Positions 1 through 12,344 of a DNA stretch of 64,000 nucleotides are shown here, piece by piece. The notes beneath the pieces were generated by a model that saw only the letters and a list, made by a program, of their open reading frames with translations, did not search any database and was not told where the DNA came from. Position 1 is the first letter of the stretch. Each line of letters opens with the position of its first letter. The stretch lies in contig OZ024750.1 of the NCBI GenBank assembly GCA_964016885.1, forward strand, positions 52,886,001 to 52,950,000. The letters are read 5' to 3'. Source of the stretch: Eledone cirrhosa (Eukaryota). Made by a program: the position numbers and the translations under genes.

Positions 1-2395
1 CTTCAGTGTTACTATTCGGGCCTTGTATGATGTTAATTTGGATTTTAGATCCCAGCCACCTTCCTTGCCTGAGAAGTATAGCCTATCCACATCACCATTG
101 ATGTTAAAGTTCCCAGTAACACTGAGAAGCTTGCAAGTTCTTACCATCTCACTTAGTTCTTGCAATGACCAGTTCAGCAGACTATATGTTGGCGTTAGCA
201 TTGGCACATAAGTATTGTGGACAATGTATTTGTTGTATGCTGAATTCAGTTCTGGTTTTCTCCTTATTTATGGGTCCATCATATCTGGCATTCTCATCCT
301 GTCCAAGATATCTGTAGTTGTCACCTCACTGTAGAGGTTGTATTGTCAAGCCATTCTTCTCTAGATTTCCAGAGGAAGACACAATCCTTCCATGTTTTAC
401 TGTCAAATATGCACATTTGAACTCACTAAATTTCATTCTGATATCTGCAGAAAGTTGTGTAATGAGGTCCAATTGTTTCTTGATGTCATTGATATTTGGC
501 CCATACAACTTCAGGTCATCAACAAAGAAAAGATGGGAGACCCACTTCTATGACCACTTTGTTTTGTGAGCAGGGATGAGAGTGGGTTTAGTGAGAGGAC
601 GAAGAGCAGTACTGATAAGCTGTCACCCTGAAAGATGCCTTGCTGTTAGTGTATTGTATCAGTCTTAATTTTCTCCTTCTCACCCCTAAGGATCAAATTG
701 GTGTACCAGTTCTTGATCAGGCGTTTAACAGCAACTACTAGTTGTTGTGGAACTTTGGTTAGCTGTAAAGCCTTAATCCACCCATGAGGTACACTATCAA
801 AATCCTTTTGATAGTCCAGCCACACCACAGTCATGTTCCTGCGATTCTTTGCTGTTTTTTCTTGTATCATTTTATTTGTTAGTACGTGATCTATGCAGCT
901 CCACACCTCCCTCTTTCCACCAGCACAGATGATAGAATTTCGTTGGTGGCACAACGATCCTGTAAGAACAGATTAAGGCACCCAGTGTATAATTTATACA
1001 TGATGTTCTGGCAGGCTATTGGGCGGTAATTTTTAGCAAGGGTGGTCTGGCTATTTGTTGGGATGAGGAGAGTAATGGCAGTTGATAACCATTGGGACAG
1101 TTCTTGTGTCCCTTTGATGGTTTTTCTAAGCAGCCATATGAGATCTTGCTGATAGAAGGTGAAATTCTCCAGCCAGTATCCTGTTATGAGGTCTGGGCCA
1201 GGTGATTTCCTATTCGACATTTTCGGTAGAGTTGTTTCCAGTATTGACCCATCTATGTCATATTGTTTTGTATGGACATGCTGGCAGTATTCCTGTTCCA
1301 GTTCTTTTAGCCATTTAGTTTGTTTGTTAAATCCGTCATTCGTTTCCCATACAGATCTCCAGTAGCTCTCAACCTGTTCTTTTGTAGGGGTGTCATTTAC
1401 AGAGATTGAGCTTTTCCCATTGAAGCTAATTTAGGATCTCTCACAAATAATCTATTTAGCATTTGCCGTTTATATGCTGTTGACTTATATTTTAGTCTTT
1501 CTGTTGCAGCCATGAGTTGTTGTTTCAACTGGTGTAGTTTGGAGTTTAGAGCTTTAAATCTTGTATCTCCAAATCGCCTCTTGTTTTTCTCTTACGTCTT
1601 CCTGATGTCGTGTGAAGTTGCTCTCTATGTTGCATTTTATAAATAGTAATCTATGCGATACTTTGTCTGAGGGATACATTTTTTTAAAACCACACTGGTT
1701 CGGGCTTTCTGTTTGTATCTTAGGTGCGTGGTTTTAGTTGTTTATGATAGGATAGCAATGTGATAGCTGACATATATAACAAAATATTAATAATTCATAT
1801 GTCGTTTCCACACCTTTGGATCGTGTGGCCTTCAGATAATTGTCAGCTATTTTGTTTACTGCTTCCAATTCCAATTTAGTGGGTTCTTTACTGATTCTAG
1901 TGTGGTATGGTCTGTTACTCACATTATGGCTGTGTATCTTTTGAAACATATCGTCCCATATCACTTGTAATGTATCCACAAGTTTTTGGTGTTCTGTTTG
2001 TACAGTAGAATTGTGGATTTCAGCTACGTTGTTGGTGAGCTGTTTACTGCTAGATTCAGCTGACCATTCTCTCTGTCTGTCAATGGAAGTGGAATAATTG
2101 TCTTCAATAATGTCTCTCAGTTCTGTTAGATGTATCAATTTACATCAAATAATACGTCTTGCCTGTTCATTTAAGTCTCATTCTGGGTGTTTGGAGTTCC
2201 ACAAAGTTTTTAGCCTCTGAATAAAACCGAACTTTTGGGGGTCTGATTGTTTGAATGGTTCATACTTTAAAAGACGCAACAAAGTTTTGTCAGAATTAAA
2301 TTTAAAGTTGTTCACAGCTTGGGTAATATTTCCTTTCAGATAGTTTTTAATTCTACAACTATATTTTAAACGTTTATATTTAGCATTTTCTTTTT
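1..2395 (-). mobile_element. Decayed R4/Dong-type (RLE-group) non-LTR retrotransposon, N-terminal and RT region; runs off the window start
   Basis: Minus-strand fragments give KSPGPDLITGYWL, NYRPIAC, WLDYQKDFDSVPH, GIFQGDSLS (~615-645) and HLFFVDDLKLY (~505-538), broken by stops and frameshifts. Confidence 0.85.
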
Positions 2396-2477
2396 TATTT
2401 GTTTGTTTGTTTGTTTGTATGTATGTATATATGTATATATGTATATATGTATGTATGTATCTATATGTATATATGTA

Positions 2478-3223
2478 TGTATAACGGCGGCGAAGATTCG
2501 AAACCGAATCTGAGCTTTCCCGCCTCTGGGACAAGCTGTGGTTAGTTGTTTACGCCTGGCAGAAAAGAGGTCAGATATATCCATCCTTCTAAATTCAACC
2601 GTTATAAATACGCCCGGCAGACCAACCCCTTGGGAGATGCTAACCAAAGGTCAGAGGATATATCTATCCTATCCATTCAACCGTTATAAATACGCCTGGC
2701 AGACCAACCCCTTGGGAGATGCTAACCAAAGGTCAGAGGATATATCTATCCTTCTAACTTCAACTCTTATAAATACAAGACAGATCGCATTTACACGCTC
2801 TCGTCACGAAAAAACCAGTCTGCCCACCAATTTCTCACATGCCATTCCCGCCTGGCTGAGTGATTACTACTACTGCTAAAACAAGAAAGTATACTAATAC
2901 ACACATATGCACACATAGTAAGTTCACACTGTTTTCATTTCACACGCACCATTTCTGTTTGTCACATTGTATCTTTCAAATACAATACAATTATATTATA
3001 ATCGTATTCTGTGATACTTGTATTTACGTGGCTCGAAGACCCACCAAATTATTGTACGAATATTTCATGTTATAGATTTTATCATTCAATATTCAAATTG
3101 AATATTGTTATAATAGAATAAAGTTTGTAACAACACAATCCTGGTATTATTCTTTGCATTGAAACCATCATACCAACAATTCCATCTATTCACTTATTCG
3201 TTACAACTGGATTATTCGTTACA
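2478..3223 (+). mobile_element. Probable solo LTR inside a (TATG)n tract
   Basis: Starts TGTATAACG and ends CGTTACA (TG..CA with a short inverted match). Has ~80-bp tandem repeats containing TATAAATA (2570-2776) and AATAAA at ~3117. No coding capacity. Confidence 0.5.
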
Positions 3224-3320
3224 TATGTATGTATTTATGTATGTATTTATGTATGTATGCATGTATGTATTTATGTATGTATTTATGTATGTATTTATGT
3301 ATGTATTTATGTATGTATGT
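3224..3320. repeat. (TATG/TATT)n microsatellite
   Basis: Direct reading. Confidence 0.9.
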
Positions 3321-3599
3321 TCTTCTGGTTTTTAATTTCACAAATTTTTGCCAATAGAGAAAGAGTTGGTTTCTAACATAGTTACAAGACTCTCTTATTG
3401 GAATTTACGCAACATCAACTAGGTAGATATGTATGCATGTTTGCATGCATGTATGTGCAGGTATGGATGTGAATGTATGTGTGGATGTGTATGTTTTGAG
3501 TTATATGTGTGCATGTGTATATGCTTAGTATCTCTATATGTGTATATGCAGTTATTATATGCAGAATTTTTGGAATGTTTTACATATTTTTCCTGTTCC

Positions 3600-3933
3600 A
3601 TTAATGGATTGTACTTGTAATTTTCTAACTAGTTGTGTTCTTTGTTTCTGTGAAGCCCAGCTTCTCAAGATTTGTATTGAGGCAGTTACTAACATACCCC
3701 AGTGCCCCAATAATCACAAGCATAAATCTGAAGGTGTAATCAGGGTGGAGTATCTGCAGATTTCTCAGTAGTTCTACATAAATATTCTCCTTTTTGCTAA
3801 TCTTTAATATGATATTGGCATCTGCTGGGCAGCTAACTTCCACTACTGTGCATGCCTTCTTTTCCCTGTCCCATATCATTATATCTGATCTGTTATGCTT
3901 GCATGTATGAACGTAACATGTAACCCAGTTCAA
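3600..3933 (-). mobile_element. 3' fragment of an RLE-group non-LTR element (restriction-like endonuclease)
   Basis: KHNRSDIMIWD...VVEVSCP...KKENIY...VIIGALGYV matches the PD-(D/E)xK-type RLE C-terminus. Confidence 0.8.
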
Positions 3934-3934
3934 C

Positions 3935-4340
3935 CTGTCTCATGGTCGGGTCGTCACCGACTAAACCGTCAACCCCACCAAGCTTGCTTGATGAGGAGGG
4001 TGATATTTGGATACCCTGCGGGATGAAATACAAGACTCGGCAAAGGGCGGAGGAACTCAGCAGAGCCAACGGCCATCCAAATAGTACTTTTTTTCACCTG
4101 GGAGTGAAAGGCCCCCAGTTGTTGTCACAACACCTTTCTAGGAGAGGGAAACTCTGAAAAAATACCTGCGGCTTCGGAAGCATCCGATGATGTTGACCAG
4201 TTCTCCTTTTCAGGTAGTGTTTTCGATGCTCAGAGAGTGGAATTGGTCGAGTACTAGGCCTTTCCTCATTTAAAAAAACATTCAAAGCATAGCCATTGCT
4301 TGTTCAGGATATGTTACAGGTTTGTGTGACTGGCCGTAGA
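3935..4340 (+). mobile_element. Probable RTE-type LINE 5' leader fragment with structured RNA
   Basis: GC-richer island with several stems (e.g. TATTTGGAT 4004-4012 / ATCCAAATA 4075-4083). Contains GGAGAGGGAAACTCTGA (~4141), resembling a motif I recall from RTE 5' UTRs. Confidence 0.45.
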
Positions 4341-4394
4341 CTAAAAGAGTTTGCAGCCATCATGTATGCATGTATGTGTATGTATGTGTGTGTG

Positions 4395-5040
4395 TCTCTT
4401 TCTCTTAATTTCGAGTATATTTTTTTCACCGGCCACCTTCCTGGTGGCAAGGTTGTAAAAGAAAAGAAATTGTCATCTCTTGAATCACAAGACTGTTTTG
4501 AATATTTTAAAGGTGCCACCTATTGCAGCCATTTGTAGTCTATGAATTAAGAAGCTGCACTCTTTGTCCACAAATCCAAGTTCAGTCATACTTTGGTCCA
4601 AACGGGTTGGTATATAACCTGTAATTCCAATAATGATGGGTATGAAGCTGAAAGTGTATCTTGGATACTGGATTTGTAAACTCCTCATCAATGGTCCGTA
4701 GATGTCCTCCTTCTCCTGTATTTTTCTTACAATGTTGACATCAAGTGAACAGCTGATCTCTACAACTGAGCACATTTTCAATGTGTGGTCCAAAACAACA
4801 ATATCAGGGCGGTTGTGTTTTAATTTGGTGGCAGTTTTTATTGTCAGGTTCCACCAATATTCCTTAGTGCCATCTGTCTCAACATATTCCTCATCATTTG
4901 TTTTTAATTTTGTTTTCTTAAGTGCACTCCAGATGGTTCTATCTATCACATCGTGTCTCATGGGGAGGTAGTAGCGAGACAACATTCTTTTGCCGTTGGC
5001 AACAATGTGACTAACTTCTTTGATCTATGTTTTACAAAGC
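4395..5040 (-). mobile_element. 3' fragment of an RLE-group non-LTR element
   Basis: ORF 4485-4985 has RHD, WWN, KHNRPDIVVLD, VVEISC, EKEDIY and PIIIGITG, followed by a short 3' UTR. Confidence 0.85.
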
Positions 5041-5096
5041 CTACATTTATTTATTTATGTATGTATATATTGTATATATATATATATAAATGTATA

Positions 5097-5325
5097 TATA
5101 TAGGGAAAGAGTTAGGACCTCGACGGCTGAGCTTCAGCCGATTCAACCACTAGATCCAAACGGTGGACCATAATGCACCAGAGTACTCAATACTTGGAGT
5201 TGTAGAGTGGGTAATAGGAAAAGAATCAGGACCCTGATGGCTGAGCTCCGGGCGTTTCAACAGCTAGATCCGAACTCTGGTGTGTTATGGTCCACCTGCT
5301 ATCTTAGCATACCCTCTTTCTTATA
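5097..5325. repeat. Small self-complementary MITE-like element within (TA)n
   Basis: Imperfect terminal inverted match (TATAGGGAAAGAG / CTCTTTCTTATA), diverged direct repeat 5106-5161 vs 5220-5275, and a 23-bp inverted repeat 5162-5184 / 5274-5296. Confidence 0.5.
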
Positions 5326-5874
5326 TATATATATATATATATATATATGTTTAATATAGAAATGGCTTCTACAGGACTAGAACTGTTTCATTCAAAGGAA
5401 ATCATTAGGATTGCCAACTGTCAATGTGATATGGTGGTATTTATATCTTTACTGGTGGTAGAGGAAGGTGGTGATTGGTATGTGTGGAGGTCATTGGCCA
5501 ATGGATTTAAAGAAAGGGGTCTTTGAAAAAACTATATTAAGAGAAAATCCAAAGTACCTATAGACAAACACATACATACTGACAGGCACTCCTAATTTTC
5601 AAGATTCATTTATTCTAAGCAAACAAAGGATTTTCATTGCGTGGCAATATTAAAATGCTCTGCTAAAGGATGGTGAGTTCTGCAAAAATGGTCAGGTATC
5701 TACAATCGCACATACAACATATATAATTCGTTTTTGAATTTGTTTTGTGAGATTTCTTAGCTGAAAACATGTGTTGAAACAGATATTGTTATACTTTGTT
5801 GGGTCACCTGTTGGTTTTCACTTCAATTTATTATGTTTCTGGCTGGTTCGATAACTGGAATGGTTTTTATATAT

Positions 5875-5920
5875 TGTTAAAGCTCTTTCGTCACACAATC
5901 TGTGACCTCCTCAGTGACAA
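5875..5920 (-). ncRNA. Degenerate minimal type I hammerhead ribozyme (Penelope-type pLTR remnant)
   Basis: Minus strand reads ttgtca CTGAGGA g GTCACA gattg TGTGAC GAAA gagc TT taacaa; stem I has one mismatch. Confidence 0.6.
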
Positions 5921-6459
5921 GGTTTTTATTTTGTGGAGTTAGCTATTTTCTGGATGCTTTCCATGGTGTTCTTCTCTAATTCTTGACTGTTCTCCTGTGG
6001 TGGTGTTTTTACTACGATATTTATGTATAGGAGCAAATTATGGAACAGAATAGAAAGGATTAGGAATAAGGCAAATAAAATAAACTCATGGTATGATAGC
6101 AATAAATATCAGAATAAATATCATAAATATCAGAATAAGCTTACAGATTTAGAAGGGCCCTAGACAAGCTTAAATTAAATATTAAGATAGTTGAAAGACC
6201 AGGTATTCCCATAAAAACCCTAATTAGTAAAACATACCCATTTCAAAGATCCCCCTGTACTGATAGGAAATGCATAGCCTGCAAGCTAAGCCTGCAAACT
6301 AACTGCAAAACTAGGAACATAGTATATAGCATAAGATGTATTGAGGGACAGTGTAGGAATAAGAACATAACATACATTGGTGAAACAGCCCCTAGCATAG
6401 GAGAAAGGATAAGTGAACTCTGCGAGAACTCCAGGATGGGAAAAACTCATTAGTACTCC

Positions 6460-8020
6460 ACCATTTTTCATTTCCTTAATCGCCTCGTGGACCCTATATT
6501 CGTCAATCTCAATAGCTGGTCTCTCTGTTGGATCTACTGAGGGTAATTTCTCTCTCTCCCATTCGTTCTCCACATTCATCAGTCTCTTATAATGACATTT
6601 CCAGGCCTCCTTTTTCTGATCATTTGTGACACTAAGTACACCGGCATCATTCCGGACACATTTATCTCCAACAACATCCTGATTTGCATTGACACACTGC
6701 CTTGCAATGTGGAACACCGCACGCCTCTGATCTTCCCGTCGCAGAACATTGGCAAACCTCCTACTCTCAGCCTCCCTGCGTGCTAAGTACACCTGACGTC
6801 TAGCTTCTCTCTTAGTGGCTGTATATTCTTCCCTACTCCCACCCTTTTTCCAGGCCTTCCATGCTAGTCTTTTGTCTCTAATGGCCCTATCTACTCTGCT
6901 GTTCCACCACCAGGTCACTCTCTGTCTGGTTGGAGCTCTGCTCCAGCCACAAGTTTCATCAGTAGCCCGCAGTAAGTTGTTACGTAAGAAATTCCAGTTA
7001 TTATCTATGTCATACGACTCTAAATCGTCTTCTTTTTTGTCATACACATCTTGAAGGGCTTTCTTAAATTTGTATTTTAGTGAAAGGTCTTTTAGCTTCC
7101 AGACCTTTCTTCTCCACACCTTCCTGTATGTCTCATTCCATCACTTGCTTACTGAGATATCACTAACTACTAACCTATGCTGTGGGGTACATTCTTCCCC
7201 AGGGTATGCCTTGGTATTAGACACTATCTGCCTGTCCCACTGCCTAACTAGCAGGAAGTCAATCTGGCTTATGTGCTCGCCTCATTTGTAGGTTATTAGG
7301 TGATTGGCAGGTTTCTGGAAGTTAGTGTTGCAAATAGTCAGTGTACTTGCATCACAAAATTCAAGAAGTCTCACTCCTTCATTTCTTGAGCCGTAACCGT
7401 GCCCACCAGGTACCCCAGTGTAACCAACTTGGAGCTGTCCAACATGACCATTGAAGTCCCCTGCTAGCATAACGATGTCTCCGTCCTGTGTCATTGCAGT
7501 TGTTTGTAAAAGTTGCTCATAAAAGCAGTCCTTCTCTTCTTTACCTAGGCCTGCTTGGGGAGCATAGGCAGACATGATTGTCAGTAGTCTCCTACCTACA
7601 ACTAATCTAAGCTTAATTATTCGATTATTAACTCGAACTACCTCTATTGTCTTATTGATAAATCTTGCAGCCAGTAAAATGCCTACTCCCCCTAACCCAT
7701 CATCCTTACCTACCCAGAAAAGCTTATAACTAAGATGTTTGCCTGTGATTAGTCTCGCAGAGGCACCTCTCCATCTCACCTCTTGCACGCAGCACACATC
7801 CACATGCCTTCTCTCCAGCATCTCCGCTATTTCAGCAGATCTACATCTGAGAGTGCCAATATTAAGTGTGGCAACTCTGAGATGCGACGTCTTCATATTT
7901 TGTTGTTTCTTTTCCTGTAGTGCGATTGCTTGAAGACGGTCGTGGGGCTCTCGAACATGGCTGCACCAGCCACCCCACTACCATGCGCAGCCCTAACATG
8001 GTATATATTTGTTGCTGTGC
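6460..8020 (-). mobile_element. RTE-clade LINE, 5' half (APE endonuclease and linker), truncated before the RT
   Basis: ORF 7282-7896 has ATLNIGTL, CCVQEVRW, SAYAPQ and GDFNGHVG. ORF 6286-7119 has TWWWNS and ENEWERE. Confidence 0.9.
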
Positions 8021-8029
8021 TCATAATTG

Positions 8030-11000
8030 TTTTGCGTATATTACTATTACACATCCATCGGTGCATGCAGGCTTCGTTTCTTTCTAATCTACGCAAGTCT
8101 TCCTGAGACAGCACCCAGGTCTCACTACCATGTAACATTGCTGTTCATATACACGCATCATACAGTCTGCCTTTCATTTTGAGGGAAAAGCCTTTTGCAG
8201 CTAGCAGTTGCTGTAGCTCCCTGAACTTCTTCCATCATGTTCTTACCCTAGTTATTGTGCTTTCTGAACACCCACCTCCGCTGCTAATTTGGTCACCTAG
8301 GTAGCAGAAGCTGTCTACTGTTTCTACAGAGTCCTCCCAGAGTTTGGTGGTACTTGTTTCCTGCAACTGTTTGCTGCTTGCTGTCCCAGCACAGCTGCTA
8401 CATGTGAAGCCTACATTCTTAGTTAAGCTTCCTGAGATCCCGCTACATCTCTTGTGTACCCATTGTTTGCATTTGGGGCAGAGAATGGAGTTCCTACCTA
8501 CACCTTTCGTACATACTGAGCAAGACCATTTCCCTGAGGGAATCTGGGTTCTGTTTTCTCATCTACTTACAAGGACCTTAGTTTTTGTCAGGTTGACTTT
8601 GAGACCCTTTCTTTCTAGTCCCTGCTTCCAAGTTTGGAATTTCTTCTCTAGTTCTACCATAGATTCAGCTATAAGTTTGAGGTCATCTGCATACAGAAGT
8701 TCCCATGGGCATCCGGTCTTAAACTCCTCCGTTATTGCCTGCAGAACTATGATGAATAGGAGAGGGCTAAGAACAGAGCCTGGTGGACACCGACTTGTAT
8801 GCTAAATCCCTTGCTATAGTAATTGCTAATCCTAACTTTGCTGACTGCTCCCCTATACATGGCTTGTACCGCTTTCACAAGCCATTCATCTACTCCTAGT
8901 TTTCTAAGAGCCCACCAGATTACTGCACGTGGAACTCTGTCAAAGGCTTTCTCAAGGTCGACAAATGCCAGGTAGAGTGGTTCACTTTTAGCTCGGTACT
9001 GTAACTGCCTCACAAGGAAGAGGGCATCAGTGGTGCCTCTTCTTGGCACAAACCCAAATTGCATCTCATCTAGTTTAACCCGGTCCCTAATCAACTGTGC
9101 TATAACTCTTTCTGTTACTTTCATGACCTGGTCCATCAGCTTTATACCTCTATAGTTTCCTCTATCTAGTGCATCACCTGTATCTTTGTAGCAGTTGACA
9201 ATGATGCTACTGCACCAATCCTTTGATATGACACCTTCTAGTATTATCTGGTTAACAATACGTGTGGTTATGGTGTGACCTATCGACCCAGATGCCTTCA
9301 GCATCTCGGCAGCTACACCCAATGGACCGGTTGCCTTCCCCGTCTTCATATCTTTGATTGCCTTACTTACTACGCGCTGCTGACTTGTACTGCTGGCCCC
9401 TCTATAAGGTCCACTTGGGGTAGAGTCTCTTCTTCCCATGCATTCTTCTCATTTAGTAATCTATCATAACGGCTCTTCCATGCATCTTTCTTCTCAGCAC
9501 TTGTGAGAGCAAGCTCACCTTTATCATTACGGATACACTTCTCTCCAATGACATCACAATTCTCTATGACACACTGCCTCGCAATCTTGAACACCTCCTG
9601 TTTCTGGTCCTCACGTTGCAAAACATGCTTGAATTTTTTATCCTCTGATTCCCTTCATTCTTTCCATGCCTGTCTCTTGCCCTTAACTGCCTCATCTACC
9701 TTATTGTTCCACCACCAAGTCACTCTCCTCCTGCCTGTGGTCTTACTCCAGCTACAGATCTCATCCGTCACCTTTAGTACGTTATTTTTTAGGAACTCCC
9801 AGTGCTCTTCTACATTGAATGTCTGTATCTGTTCTTCTTTACTGTCATAGGCGTCGAGTAAAATATCTTTAAATCTGTTATTGGCTGAGGGGTCTTTCAG
9901 CTTCCAGATCTTTCTTCTCCAGGTTGGCCTCTGTTTCCAGGTTCGTCTAGTTCTGACCGTGAGGTCGCTGACAACGAAGTTATGTTGGGAGGTACATTCC
10001 TCACTAGGGAAGGCTTTTGTGTTTACGACCGTCCATCTGTCACGTCCTCTGATGAGGATACAATCTATCTGACTAGAATGCTCCCCTGATCTATAGGTGA
10101 TCAGATGGTTGTCGGGTTTTTTGAAGTTTGTGTTACATATCGACATGTCATTGGCGTCGCAGAATTCTAGAAGCCTGAAGCCTTCTTCATTTCTTGTGCC
10201 AACCCCATGGCCTCCATAGACTCTATTGAAGCTGTCACGGTGTTTACCTACGTCCGTTAAAATCTCCTGCAATGATTAGGAAGTCATTGTCGTTTGTTAG
10301 AGCAGTAGTGTGCATTAGGAACTCGTAAAACCTATCCTTAAGTTCGTCTGGCAACCCCGATTGGGGTGCGTAAGCTGATATTATTGTGGCAATTGTTTTA
10401 TTCAGGACTAGTCCGAGTTTAATGATTCTTGCATTCACCCTGTTCTCTGAGATTACTTTATCTACCCACTTGTCAGCTAGTAGGATATCTACACCACCCA
10501 TCCCATCGTCATTTCCCACCCAGAAAAATATGTAGCACTGACTTTTTCCTACAAGGACTCTAGCAGACTCTCCTCTCCATCTAGTCTCTTGTACACAGCA
10601 TACATCAATTTCCTTTTGCTCTAGCATCTCTACGATTTCTCCTGCTCTTCCTTTCATTGTGCTTACATTGATGGTTCCAATTCGGAGTTTTGGGCATTTA
10701 TCAATATTCGTGGGAAAGGGTAAATTTTTGCAGGGGTATATGTATGCTTCCTGTCTCTGAATTGAAGCTTCGCATGGGTGCTTGGTAGCTCGCAGATTCA
10801 TATTCATTTTTATATATTAATTTGGAGTTGCTCCATTTATTCTCAGCTCATCCATACATAACGGTAGGAAAATTTAGGGCTAGAGGAACAGTGGTGGTGG
10901 TAATAATGGCAGGGTGTGTTGGGGCTGGGACGGGTGAGGAGGGAGGTAGTAGTAGTAGCAATGGCAGAGTTTGTTGGGGTTGGTAATGGGTGGGGGGTGG

Positions 11001-11095
11001 TGGACATGCTGAGGTTTGATTGGTTGAATAGACTATGGTAGTGTGAGGGGGTGGGTGGGAGGTAAATTGTGAGATAGGTAGCCATCATGGCCTAT
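8030..11095 (-). mobile_element. Near full-length decayed RTE-clade LINE (APE, RT and PHD-like insert), 3' end truncated
   Basis: APE motifs at 10244-10807. RT motifs NYRGIKL, QFGFVP, FVDLEKAFDRVP and GVHQ, with LLYADDL at ~8680-8700, followed by CYLGD and LHGSETW. Multiple frameshifts. Confidence 0.92.
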
Positions 11096-11097
11096 AG

Positions 11098-11548
11098 CAT
11101 ATATATATTATTGTGTATATATATATATATATATTATTGTGTATATATATATATTATTGTATATATATATATATTATTGTGTGTGTATATATATATATAT
11201 TATTGTGTGTATATATACACCCTCAACAGTCTTCCCAGCTTTTCCTCCATCTATAATCTATAAAATGTCTTCCACTTAAAAAAAATAGATCAATATTTTA
11301 TTTTATAAAGACTATTTCTTTGAAATTACACTAAAATGTGTTTTTCCTCTTCTATTTTTTCTCTGTTCTTTTTTTATTCACACCCACACACGCTCTCACA
11401 CACACACACATACATACAACACACACACATACATACAACACATACACATACATGCAACACACACTCACACACACACTCACACACATACTCACACATACAC
11501 ACATACACTCCCACACTCACGCACACATTCACACACATACACACACAC
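11098..11548. repeat. (TA)n compound repeat (11098-11216) and degenerate (CA)n tract (11383-11548)
   Basis: Direct reading. Confidence 0.9.
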
Positions 11549-12008
11549 AAATATAATATATAGAAAAAAATGCTTAGGTTTATTCTAATTTTGTGCCCCC
11601 CGTGAGACATGCTTTGGACTGTTCATGCATTATTGAAGAGACATTAAAGAATTTGTAAAGCTTAAATCTGATCAGTTGAGATTGTTCGATGAGTTTTCAG
11701 TGAATTTCCTTCTATTTTAATATTTCAATGAGTCAATTTATTCTGCTTCCTTCTCAGTTCCTGGGAAAAGCATCCATTGTTGTGAGTTCACTGTCATTTA
11801 GTCATGTGTGAGACAGACACCGTTGTAAATCTTCAGATGGCATAAATAACAATGCAATTGTTATTGATATCATAGGGAATGTTGTTACTACATTATAGTT
11901 GCTAGGTCATGACTGTTGACAACAGAGGTAGTAACTCCTTCAACTTTTCCCAACCTGCTCTTATTCTAGCTACTATATTTCAGAGTAACCTCATCCACAG
12001 CAAAACAC

Positions 12009-12190
12009 AGGCATGGCTGTTTATTTAAGGTATTCCCTTTGCAATCCCATGGTTTCAGTTCCACATCAGGCAAGTGTCCTCTACATAACCTTCAGTTGAC
12101 TTGCTAACAGTTTGAAGTACCCATGTTGTTTACACCCTCTCCACTGTTGACAAAGAATGCATCTCTGGTATGATTAAAACCATTCTACAA
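12009..12190 (+). mobile_element. Highly degenerate SINE head
   Basis: CAGGCATGGCTG...GGCAAGTGTCCTCTAC resembles a tRNA-head plus central-domain SINE (recognised from memory only). Confidence 0.4.
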
Positions 12191-12344
12191 CATTTGCCCC
12201 CCCCCCCCCCCCCCCTTCATTTTTGTCCTACATTTTGTGTTCCATGAATTCTAAATGAAAATTTTAGAACATTTCTGAGTGAGCCTAGTAATTATATGAC
12301 AGGCATACAAAATGGTCATACAGTTATTATAATATAGATTACTA

